Source: Phoronis australis (lineage: Eukaryota > Animalia > Phoronida). From it: DNA of 64,000 bases. Numbering within the stretch: the stretch's first letter is position 1; the number at the start of each line of letters is the position of its first letter. The stretch is taken from contig NMRA01000010.1 in assembly GCA_002633005.1 (NCBI GenBank), positions 1,661,298-1,725,297 of the forward strand. Direction: 5' to 3'. Below the pieces are notes generated by a model. The model was not told the origin of the DNA. It did no database searches and saw nothing but the letters and a program-made list of their open reading frames with translations. The translations under genes were made by a program, and so were the position numbers. Of this stretch, positions 24,148-35,600 are shown in pieces.

Positions 24148-25715
24148 ATGAGGGAATTGGCCTCATAGTGACGTAATCATGTGCTTCATAAAAGTGTCTC
24201 CATCACGGTGTATATCGTTGGGAAAATAATTCACATTCTAGGGAGAATTGACTACTTTCGAAACAAGGATCCACCGCTTCACGTTTCCAAGATTTGATAA
24301 CATTTGACCACGCTTACGTTTTAAGCATGTACGCAGACAAACGACAAATCCACTCCGACTGCCTAAACAGGGTGAGGAGGGTTTGGCTGTATAGTTGTAA
24401 TTACAGGCTGGCATTTTATGTGATGATGACAGGTGATGAAAGAGGGGGGAGGTAAAAAGTGGCAAATGTTAGATGGCGTAATATGTGACGACTTCTTCGT
24501 GAAATACAACTATATTCATTAAAAAAACGTGTTTATTTCAAAAACCTCAACAAGTTTTAGATTGTTTATTTTAAAAATGCACAACCCACGTTTACAGAAG
24601 GGGTGTATCACTATTAATTTAAAACATTTTTGAGGGACTAATTGCGATTATTTGCTTTACAACTGCATCATGAAATGTTCGCCTCAGTTTCAGAAAATAT
24701 ACCAGACTTTTATGTGACATTTTTTTAACGTAGTTTTCAGAGTATCCGCCCGTATGCCTATTTTCAAAAATTCCCGGTATGACTATCTAACGGTTGATAT
24801 CCAGAATAAATATCAGGTTGGGTGTATTAGTAAGGTTACATTTCGCCCTGTTTATCTGGCTAATAGTAACAAAAATCGAAGTAGACGTTTTCCTCTCATG
24901 AAATCAGTCTCAGTTACCTTGATGGGATTTTAATTCCGTTATCAGCAAATTCATTAAAAACATCAGCGACTCAACAAAATGTTTTAAAGCTTGGGAAAAA
25001 TCCTAACATTGAGTTGCCTGTGATTTGAGTTGGTGACGGAAATGAAACCCTATCACCAACCTGGCCAACCCGCGAACAAGAACGCCCGAAAGAACGTAAT
25101 GCTAAAAATCGACTTGTTCACTTTACTTAGTTCTCTACCACGCTAGTGCGCGTGCGCTACGCATGCCCAACTCGAAACCGTGGACTTGATTTGTCGTGAT
25201 ATTTTGTCTCGGGGGTACTCGACTGTATAAACAATGTCCCGATAGTATGCCCGAGGCATAGATTAAAACTCATAATCAGCTTAATGCCTTTTTATTTTGC
25301 AAAACAATTAAAATGACTCTCATTCAATGGTATTTTAATCAGAGACTGCCTAGGATCTTATAAGCAGCACTGTAAACGGGGTTAACGAAAGGCTAGGATT
25401 ATCTCCCATGACACATACAGTGTATACTCGTATTGTATTTTTAACCAGTAACGAATGTTGGTAATACTGGACGTCTTCATGGTCGTGGCCAATCTTATTT
25501 TTTGACCGAATCGCAAATGTTACCGAAAATCCGAAACTTGATACCGCAATCCACAAGCCTTATGTATCTATCGGTGTTAAAAATGTCGTGACCATGTATT
25601 CGCTCATGTCGTAATGGAGAAATTGACATCGAAATAAACATCACATACAGTTCCAAGTTTCAATAATACACCAAAATCACCAGAAGCTTGCCTTTTCCTC
25701 TTCGCTTTTCAATTC

Positions 25716-25721
25716 TTTATT
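25716..25721 (-). promoter_or_regulatory. Candidate polyadenylation signal of the neuropeptide gene
   Basis: AATAAA on minus about 370 nt downstream of the stop codon. Confidence 0.45.
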
Positions 25722-26092
25722 TACAGTACAGAGTAGACCATAGACAACAGATTCGCAACTCCGATATTTTCTTGTGAAATTTCAAACTCTAACGACTCAA
25801 GCCATAGCTAGCAGACGAACGTACTGAACGTAAAATGGGTTGACTTGGCAGGCGCCGCTAGTGCATAAGGTCGTTATGCGCAAGATCAAAGATATCATGC
25901 ATTGAGAAAATACAAAGCTGTTGGCGATCCATGTGCTATACTCTTTGTTTACTTTAATTTACGTTAAAGTATGCCGAGTAAATTTGACGATTGAACAAAT
26001 ATATATTCATTTTCATGATCCATCATGTCACCTTTAAATAAAAGTAAGCAACCTAACCGAACGAATGTTAACGCATAGACGTCAAACAGGAT

Positions 26093-27220
26093 TTATCCTA
26101 AGAATTTCAGTCTTTTCTCCGACGCTATGGCACCTTTCAGTAAATTTCTCTTCAAGAACTTCAGCCGTTTATCGGGTAGCTCGTCTGAGTCATTCTTCTT
26201 AAGGAATTTCAGTCGCTTGTCGGATTCGATAATATCGTCGTCGTTAAATCTTTTCAAGAACTTAAGTCTCTTCTGCGACTCAATGTCGGTGTCGTCGGAT
26301 TGACGCTTCAGAAATTTGAGACGTTTTTCCGCTTCAGCTCCAGTAAATGCTAAATCAGGAACTGTCATTGGGTATTCATCTTTACGCTTTCCCAGGAACT
26401 TCAACCTCTTTCGATCGTTAGGATGGTCATCGTTAACATAATTTCGTTTTAGAAATTTCAAGCGTTTGTCCGGCGTTTCCATATTTTTGAAATGCCTATG
26501 CCGTTTACCAGGCGACGGATCGTTGATTTTATTTTCAGACATTACTGCTGCATTTATACGGCGATCTCTGTTGCTGTCTTGGAGTTGCTGCTGAGTGGAG
26601 GCATGGCGAACAGCGCGTGAGGGCTTGTCGTCATCTTTGTCATTTTTAATCAACGCGTCCGCCTCGTTCTTCGAGATGTCTAACACATCTCTTCGACGTC
26701 TGCTCAGTAGCGTCGCATCGTCATTCCAGTCATTTCCGACATCATTGTTGAAGTCATTAGCGCTCCTGTATCGAGCGCCAGCGTTTAGCCACCGCCTACC
26801 GACATCGCGATTTTCATCTGGCACTGGAATTCTCGCTCCCGGATTAAGCCATCGCCGATACGGTTTGTCGTCTAATTCGCGATACTTAGCCCCAGTGTTA
26901 AGCCATCTACGTTCATCCCATCCCGCGACAGGAACATTTCGTCCAAATTTGGCTCCAGGATTAATCCACCTGCGAAGTTCTGATTCGTTGTCCTGCAAAC
27001 TACCCGCAGCTTGATTGAAAGCAGACTCACTCGGCCATTCATACGCTTCCTGAGATCTATAACGTGTGTGTTCTTTGGCGTCTTCAGTGTCGTCATTTCC
27101 AAACCTTGAGTCGTACCGGTACAATGCGTCTCCGGGAGTAGCGTCCCGTTTTCCAGGTGGGTATCCAGTCATTCCCAGGAATTTCACTCTCTTTGGATGG
27201 CTTTGTAGCATAAGCACACC
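26093..27220 (-). CDS. Neuropeptide precursor, main (last) coding exon, 375 aa: LKFL/LKFLamide and W[IL]NxGA[KR]x repeats
   Basis: Acceptor tgtgtctttgcag|GGT at 27221/27220, phase 0. Seven KR-LKFL-(G)(KR/KK/stop), four RR-W[IL]NxGA[KR]x, acidic spacers, RRRR site at 26690-26701, terminal Gly-stop. Confidence 0.92.
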   Translation of the reverse strand, partial: GVLMLQSHPKRVKFLGMTGYPPGKRDATPGDALYRYDSRFGNDDTEDAKEHTRYRSQEAYEWPSESAFNQAAGSLQDNESELRRWINPGAKFGRNVPVAGWDERRWLNTGAKYRELDDKPYRRWLNPGARIPVPDENRDVGRRWLNAGARYRSANDFNNDVGNDWNDDATLLSRRRRDVLDISKNEADALIKNDKDDDKPSRAVRHASTQQQLQDSNRDRRINAAVMSENKINDPSPGKRHRHFKNMETPDKRLKFLKRNYVNDDHPNDRKRLKFLGKRKDEYPMTVPDLAFTGAEAEKRLKFLKRQSDDTDIESQKRLKFLKRFNDDDIIESDKRLKFLKKNDSDELPDKRLKFLKRNLLKGAIASEKRLKFLG

Positions 27221-28062
27221 CTGCAAAGACACACAAACCGTTTGGTGTTTCCAATGATAAATATACTGCCCTACACTCTGAGAACTCGGCACTGCACATC
27301 CGCCGTGTGACAAACTAAGGGGACGGATGCTGTCGATAATGTTATTAATCGTACATGAATGACGATGCCGCCTTGCAAAAATGTCCTGTCCAACGGCGAA
27401 ATACGGAAGAAAGCATCTGAAACAATTGCGGTTATTCCCCATTAAACTTAGGACAGTACTGTGAATTACGACAGTTGTTTCACTACGGCCAAAAGTAAGA
27501 TATTTACAGTGTACAGACGTAGCACAATCAACACAGGAGTTAGTTGTGTCACGAAATGAATTATTGAATAATTGTCAGTAGCATGCAGTGTTTGCTGATG
27601 TCCGTGGCGAATTTGTTTTGGATGACCCTCTCTCTACTCATGTGCAAGGACCTTAGTACTAAAAAAAGTAGAAAAGATGAAACTTAAAATAGAAACTTTA
27701 TTCAATTTAGCAACAAATCAGTGACTGGAGGCCTGCAGCCGTCGTCTTGTCGCTTCCACCTCTCCGTCTGCATGTCACTACAGTAATTGTAACTGCTATT
27801 AAATTGCATTAATAGCCATATTTTACACCAATAATTGCAAAGGAATTTTGCTTTACTATTAATTGAAAATTGATAAAATTAGAATTAAACTCGTTAAAAT
27901 ACGTGAAATTGTTGTTTTTCAAATGACTATGCGACATCGATTTGCCGACAAGTGACTCGTTGTTATTGGTAAACAATATTCTTCCAACAAGCAGCACATT
28001 CGGTAAATACGTAATATCTTAAGAAAGCATATGCGTGATCAATATGCTTTGCCCTCGTTTTG

Positions 28063-28212
28063 TATAGATTATTACATGGCGAAGTCGTTATCCCCCGTTA
28101 TCTAGAGCCCGAGTGGAATTTGGAGAATTATCACTCTCGGGCGATAATTCTCCAAAATCCACTCGGGCTCTAAATAACGGGGGATAACGACTTCGCCATG
28201 TAATAATCTATA
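28063..28212. mobile_element. 150-bp near-perfect palindromic MITE, TA-flanked
   Basis: TATAGATTATTACATGGCGAAGTCGTTATCCCCCGTTAT... and its reverse complement; about 70-bp arms with few mismatches. Confidence 0.85.
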
Positions 28213-28401
28213 TTTACTCGTGATCTTGAATGAAAACCACGAGCTTTGGCGGTGTCCCGCGAAGACTCTCGGATTCTTCTTCGCAGTAGAAAATGCATAG
28301 AAAATGATGTTCTTGACCATCCACTGATATTTCAAAAGGTCTGCCTTTTTCCGTAAGACATTAGTGCATCCCATCGCACAGCAGTGGAAATTTGCCGGCA
28401 T
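28213..28401 (-). pseudogene. THAP-domain transposase remnant inside the neuropeptide intron, interrupted by the palindromic MITE
   Basis: MPANFHCCAMGCTN...IIFYAF.TAKKNPR matches a THAP N-terminus. Confidence 0.6.
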
Positions 28402-28959
28402 TATGATAGCAACAAAGGTGTTAAAACGCGTTAATACCAGTTGATTGAAACAACTCGTCCGTAGGTGGCGTTGAACGCCTATTCATCAAAGACCTGACCG
28501 CCATCTGGCGGGATAGTGAATTTCAATAAAGCGGCCATTTCGAAACTCAGCTTTTAAGAGACCGTGATAAGAGAAATTATCTAATAAATAACATACAAAT
28601 AAATTATTTCATATTGATTGAGCTGTTTTGTAACGCCATGCACTCTGAAAATTAACTAGATCTGTAGCTCTCTTTTACTCATGATGAAGTCAGTTTATTG
28701 TGCGTTACTCTAGCGGACATGTGGGACGAATGAGACAGTGCGAGCGAAAACCTTTTCGAAGAATATTGCGACACTGATATGATGACAGAACCGATCTAAG
28801 GGGTTCGGTTGATCCACTGCCAAAGAACACAGTGCTGAGGCCAAACCCCTCCTGACGAGCTCAGACATTGTTGGCTTCGTGTGACGTAGTATTAGATCAC
28901 TTGGTGAATTCAGTTCCAGCGTGTTTTGCAAATTTGACCATTATATTTTAATCACTGTT

Positions 28960-29479
28960 GGGGATTTTGATTTATGTTCCTTTTGTAATAAAGCTCCAGA
29001 GACGCTGTCACACCTTTTTTGGGAATGTAGCTTTGTTCAAGATTTCTGGAATGAATTCGGAAAGCTACTTCAACAGTGTTGCATTCAGCTTCCCAACTGT
29101 CTGTCTTACGATAGTGTTACTCTTGGACTTTACAAGACGCATGATTTTCTTTTTAACATTTTGCTTCTACTAGCTAAACAGTACATTTACAAGGAGAGAT
29201 GTCACAAAAATAACCTCTAATTTTCACAAATTCGTTACATATACTTATGAGTACTATAGTGCTGAAAAATTAATTGCATATAAAAGCTTTGTATATGACA
29301 GCTTCTCTGCGAAATGGGAAAATTTTATTGTTCAAGTTAACTACATGTAGAAGATATTTTCTTTAAATGAGATGCGAGAATGGTCTTCCTGAGGTGTGCA
29401 TGTGTGAATGAATGGTGTACTTGTTTGTTTGTTTGTTTGTTTGTTGTAATTGTTTGTAAATGATAATAAATACCTAAAA
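28960..29479 (+). mobile_element. 5'-truncated L1/Tx1-type LINE 3' end with TSD (intronic, antisense to host gene)
   Basis: LCSFCNKAPETLSHLFWECSFVQDFW...NILLLLAKQYIYK; (GTTT)n, AATAAA and a short A tail; 20-bp TSD with 2 mismatches at 28940-28959 and 29480-29499. Confidence 0.85.
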
Positions 29480-29985
29480 ATTATGTTTTAATGACTGTTA
29501 CATAAAAATCACAATGCAATCCAAAATTTGTTGAATAGTAAACTATTGTCAACGTCAAAATCACATCGACAAACGTGTAGTTTAATAGTGCCAGTTAGCG
29601 CTCCCAATTACAGGTGATAAAATAGTAGACTGTCCAGAGATCGTTTTAGCGTAAATATTCACCACCGCTAACTTGATTAACTCCTGTTTGAAAATTAGTA
29701 AGTTTTCAGCTGATCTAATGAGCACTGTGTTGTACTTTTAATTTAGGTCGTTAGTTCTACTGTAGCACAACGACGTTACACTTAAGATTGATGAGTTTGG
29801 TCGCCTGACAACAGAAGATTAAGATGAACGTCTGTTTTTGAGGTAATCAGATCAAGAGACATGTCATGGCCATTGATTGTTAACACGACGTTGATTCCAA
29901 CGTCCATGTTTCAGCTGTCATCATTCACCAAACGATAATGGTGTAAAACTGATCTAACGTCATACAGTAGATACCTCCAACTTAC

Positions 29986-30051
29986 AAAGACTTCTGCATG
30001 CAACATAAGCAGGACGCATAAAACCAACTGCACGGGTATAATCCGAGACAT
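29986..30051 (-). CDS. Neuropeptide precursor, first coding exon (signal peptide MSRIIPVQLVLCVLLMLHAEVF)
   Basis: Acceptor tttcatttcgtttcag at 30062, ATG at 30051, 22 codons, then donor GTAAGT at 29985, phase 0. Joins in frame to G-VLMLQ, giving a V-F-G cleavage site. Confidence 0.85.
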
Positions 30052-32502
30052 CGCGAGTACCCTGAAACGAAATGAAATACATTACTATTGTTGAACATCG
30101 TTTTCAGAATGATTTTCTTCATACTTCAAAGAGAACAACTTGGCTCACTAGTATGATGCGCAATGATGAACCGATTCAATGAAGATCTTGAACAATATTG
30201 GTTCACAGAAAATGACAAAGGAGATATGGAGATTAATAATGAACAATATGCAAAAATGTTTCAGAGTAGTTCAAATCGGCTTTACAATCGATATGTCTGA
30301 TACAAAAATATACCTGGTCTCATAATTGCTAGTCTTGCAAATTTCAATGAAAATTATTGGCCCACAGAAAATTTGGAAGTAGGGAAAATCATGGAAATGA
30401 ATACAACTAGTTTTAAACTGGGAATTCATTCATTTCGGCAATACAATAAGTCTCCTAATAAAGATAACTTGGGTTTTTTACGCTCAAAGTTTTAAATATG
30501 CTTGATTTGCTAGGGCTTTGTCTGAGCTCATTATGCATGGCCATCAACATTTACGTAACTAGGCTATTAGAGTTGTAATTTGTACCATTCAATTTCTCAT
30601 TTTGGTCAATTGCAAATGTTCATGTGTTTCAATGTTAAACAAAGCTATAATGAAACAACATTTGTTGTCCGTAGTGTTTTTGGAGTATTGGCGTCTTGCA
30701 TTTATTCATTTAAGTAGCGTTGCTCATGACTGTGCTTTTTTGTGATATTTGTCTTAAAAAACAATTGTAGGCCGTTTGGTACACGTTGTACCAGGGGAGT
30801 GCAGACTGCTGAGGTGAGCCCATTGCAACGATCACTTGGATTCATTTTTATGCTTTTATTAAAACCGGCTTGAGGAGCTAGAGACTTGTCTCAAAGATTT
30901 AGCAATGTGCCCCGGTGGAATTCGAACCCACGACATTGAGTAAAGGAAGCGAACGGGCTCTAGCCCTCATTGCCTTCTCTCAAAAAGTTGTCTTGGTAAC
31001 GAACTTTGATTTTACATTACGTGTCTGCCGGAGTAAAACGTAAACCAACAGGTTAGTTAAACTTGAAGGCTGACGTAGTTTCATTATATACGGTTTGCCA
31101 CACCTATAGTACTATCAGTAGAAGTAGCATTTAGCAAGCATAATTCACTAAGTTGAGCACATGCTGGTACAATTTTCCACTTATGTATATTGAAATGATT
31201 GGAATTGTTGCGGGATGTGGCGCTAGACCACCTCCTAGCTGTGTTCGTTCACCAAGTACTTTGTGCCATTCTGCTTTTAATCTCTTAAGAACATTTAAGA
31301 ATGTTGTTTTATTAACTCGGACGAAAAACTAGGCAAGTGTGGTAACACTGCGGCCCGCAGACTAGTTGAAGGCACTCTGATATTTCGACTTCATTTTGTT
31401 AGTATAAAATGAATTTTAACGGAAATCAGCTACACTGAAACTTAAGCTCGAACGATATCCTTTCAGCATAAAATAATTTCTTCAAAATAGACACGTCGTA
31501 AAATACGTATTTTCGTAACCGTAGTCTACTGCTGACTGATTAAACATCCAGTAACTTGATTATTTTTCTAGGCTGCTGGAAACACGTTACGAAATGCTCT
31601 GACGCATTTCAATAACTTGAGATAAATTTTTTCAATGTTACTTTTGCCTATCGGCCAAGGATTTTTGTTCTGGTACCCGTGGTAGATGCAGGTTGTGATT
31701 GGTTAGTGCTGTTGTTTACAGCTCTCTCTAGTGTTCAATGTATATTTTTTGCACAAAATGTGGAAGATAAAGCAAGGGAACTTTTTTACGTGATAAATTG
31801 GAAATACATCAACTCTTGTAAGAAAAACGTAAATGTGTCTAAGGTCAAAGTACTCACAAAATGTTCTTTTACTCAGAGATCACAAACAATTCGTGTTGCA
31901 TATAAGCCATGCCATACTGTGTGATAAAATATCCTAAAAATGTTCCACCCCTTTCAAAATCTGGCTTTTATCGACAAAGTATACTCTCGGTTCTGTTATA
32001 TAAAAGATCGACCGAATTTTCGCTGCATTCTTGTAGGGCTACACCTGTCTCGCGTGATCAATTAGATTTCATGAGCGCAGCTGTGAATAACCAGAGTTTC
32101 TGGGAGAGTGTTATGAATTACGGGTTAGCAAACATCGTACTGTTTTATTTTTTGATCTGATTTTTATTATCTAACTTGTTGAGTGAAGCAGTCACCAGAA
32201 CCTTTATTATGACTTCTACCACAAGCTAAGCAAGTCACAACTTGTACTTCCTAGTGATAAGGTAAGCATTGTGCATATATGTATCCCATTCGTAAACGAA
32301 CATTCGGCCACAGGCAACATTGCACTTAATCGGACCATATGCATGAAGATATTGCCCACGGGATCGGTACATATGTGTATACATGAACAATACATGTACC
32401 TAGGAATCCATGCGCGCGCCCATCCTAAAATATAGGGGGACTTGGGGTTTTGACAATGAAGACCTTTTACTAACATAAACGGAGGATTAAAAAACTGCGT
32501 AC

Positions 32503-32630
32503 CACGTTCAGAGCTATGAAATTGTGCATTCGCGCCTTTTTAATGGATTTTGTCTCGTTTTCTCGTACTTTTTGTTTCTCTGAGGTGGACCTTTTTGCCC
32601 ACTTTCCCAAATGGAGGCTGGCTCCTTCCT
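32503..32630 (+). repeat. Short interspersed repeat, second copy at about 42751-42890
   Basis: Shared ACGTTCAGAGCTATGAAATTG.GCATTCGC...TTTTGTTTCTCTGAGG..GACCTTTTTGCCCACTT. Confidence 0.7.
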
Positions 32631-35600
32631 AATGTTTTGTTTAACTCTGCGCGAAAGACCTTCACAGCTCGAATGTGTTTTCAAGCTACTTATACTTTTA
32701 TAATTTTGACTTAGAAGTGGACATCAAACTAATTACTGGCACATGCAGCAGGCAAGTTTACTCGGAAATTCAATGTAATTGACCTGCTGCAGGATATTGC
32801 TACACTGAATTGATATATTTGAAAAAATTTGGTATTATATCATGACATAAAGGTTCTATAAATTCGTCCGTTTTGTCTATTAGCTGCAATTTTTATTGAT
32901 TTATCTATTTTCTTATCTAAGCACTGTTTTGAAACTAATGTATTACTAAAATCTTGACCACATTTTGCAGCCGACACAAGTGAGCAAAAGGATTATTTTT
33001 TCGCGCAATAATTAAAATCATTTGATAAGAAGGAAATTTGACGTGTGCGACATTTTAACATTGCCATGACTACCAAGATGATTAGTGTAACGGCAATCAT
33101 ACTCGTATGCGACAATAAAAACACGAAAACATCTATTCATTGCCCGATAGGTTAATTTTCGTGTAAACTATAGTGGCACGGTTCAATATTTTCCATTGAC
33201 GTTTTGATTACCAGGCGAGGACAAATAACATGCCGTACTACTTCTATATAGTCTTTAAGTAATGTCTTTATGTTCGACGTTTGTCCCTACGACGTATTTA
33301 GAAAGCAACTGCAGTCGATGTATCATCACTCTTGATTTGCATTCTACAGGTCATTTGATTTTAGATTTTGAAGATTTCGCTAAAACTGGAGCACGTCAAT
33401 GCATATAGTCTTACTGCAAAATAACCCTGGGAAAGTATAAACAAAGGTTATGGAGCGGCATGATAATTAAGGTTTAGTGTACTGTGGCGTGTGGCCATAT
33501 TTTGAATGCATGGTATTTTTGTTATCAATTTACGACTGTTCAGTGAACACGCGAATTACCATCGTCGTCAACGTCATCATTACCATTGTTTTCAAGTAAT
33601 ATCGTAATGCTTTGTAAGGATTACGTAGTGTTGGACGTGACATTCACATGTAGTTGGCGAGCTGTACTTCGTTTCAAGACAAAGCAATCAGTCAGTGAGT
33701 TGCACCTGATGTACATTACTTCAAGAGAATGCGCTGATGGCTTGTCCTAATTATGTGCTTTGCAAACTGGAGTTTGGAGTAGAATACATGTATCTATCAC
33801 TCTCACACAAATGTAAAGTGACACTCTTTCTGTAATGGACTCGAATGCTTCTCGTGATTTCGAGGCAAACAAATATTTTTAAGAGCCATAACTCCAAAAT
33901 GACTACTGGCAATGCAGTCGGAGCGTGGCACGTGATCGTTCAATTTCGAATTCAGTCTTGAAGAGAGTTAGGTGATGATAGGCCCAAGTAGTAGAACAAG
34001 CATTTTCAGTCTCCATCTATCATATCATGAAAGTGTACCCCCTCCCCTAGGCAAAATATACTGCCACTACACACAACTGGCGCACAAGTATTCGATAAAA
34101 TAACCTTATTATCCGCCAGAAGCCATTAATAAATCTGACCTTTTTCTACATACCATCAGTATCGGAAATTACAAGAACATTTGAGACCACTGCGACAAAT
34201 AATTGTTTAAAGTGACACAAAACGTAAAAAGCAGACTAATTTGCATTGTAACTCAAAGTGGTTCTCTGCCGCTGAAACAGAAGCCAGTCTGCTCACCTGG
34301 TAATTCTACGGTTTATCAGTAAAGATTTTGAATTTCTGTTGATGTCAAAGCATTTTTCCTTTTCGATTTTTCTGAAAAACGACAAAGCACGTCTCCTTAT
34401 TTGGTTTGTCAAGACATAAACATCACACATTTCCATTATATGGACCTTTGACATTTGACGTCAAAAAAACAAATGGCAATTTCAAGCAGCAACAAGTCCA
34501 ACGTATTTGAGTGCAGGTGTGCAGATATATTCTTAGGGACGGAGAGTTTGAAAACTGCATTGGGATGAAAGAGTTCACATTTCGTCTGTGTTTCAAAGAT
34601 AGTGAATATGACGATTTCTTCTGAAAATACTTGCAATATTGAAAGCGAATAACTCTCAAGACAGAATAACCAAGAAGTAGATTCGCCACAATCTGTTTAA
34701 TAGGTATTTTACGAGTTTTTGGCGATCCATGCCTGATTTTAACCTGGACATTGAAGCTCAACTTCTGCACTCTGGAAAACACTGCATTTGTTTTACACAT
34801 GGATCTTTTGTTTCCCTGGTGACACATGATGTGCATTCGTGACTAGTTCAATAAGTGAAAATTCACAGGATACAATGCAAATCAAGCAGTGCAATGTAAT
34901 TGAAAATTTGTAATTAGATATGCCTTATATTACTATAACATGGACAGATTAGTTTTGAACTCACCAGTGGTCAATATAATGTTCGTGTTGACAGCTGCGG
35001 TGCTATCACTGTTTTAATCCTTTTGAAACTTTTTGGGAAATATTGGAAATCCTATCGCGATTTCATCCTATATTTTTGTCCGCAAAGCAACGACAATAAC
35101 AGTATGCTTCGCGCACGTAACCGTACCGTGTTTTAAAGGGATATTTTAGACGAGAAAAGTATTTTATGTACTTCTCACTGCGTTTTGCCTTAATGTGCAT
35201 TGGTCGAAAACTCTATGAACAAAATGAAAAGCCACTCAAATGTACTACACATGACGTCAGGAGCTTTTACCTGTCGCATATTCTTGGCCCTTTCACTCCC
35301 TCCGAAAATGAAGCCAGTTTCAGAAAAAAAACTGTCAAAAGGGCAAAATTTGCACATTTAAGCCCAAAACCGCCGCTTTCCTGTCAATGCACGACACGAG
35401 CAAACAATCAGAAAGCCAATTAGCCACAAATTTCACAAATGAGGGCTAAGGTGCTAACCAAATTACGTGTATCGCTTTTTTACATACATGTATATATGGA
35501 CGCTGTATGGCAACAAAACATGATGATTTATCCCACGCGCGTTGAATCTGTCGAGGGAAATACGGCCATGTAATAAAGTTTTCCGTATTCACCTCCCGCA

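Larger units (their letters stand above)
14128..24358 (+). repeat. Segmental duplication, block B
   Basis: Same colinear pieces as block A, in the same order and orientation. Confidence 0.85.

Noticed and set aside
27221-27442. N-terminal 74 aa of the 449-aa ORF (MGNNRNCF...)
   Set aside because: Intronic read-through. It has no signal peptide, and a strong acceptor at 27221 plus an in-phase signal-peptide exon upstream explain the gene better.
30911-30935. tRNA B-box-like GGTTCGAATTCC on minus
   Set aside because: No cloverleaf; most likely a decayed SINE head.
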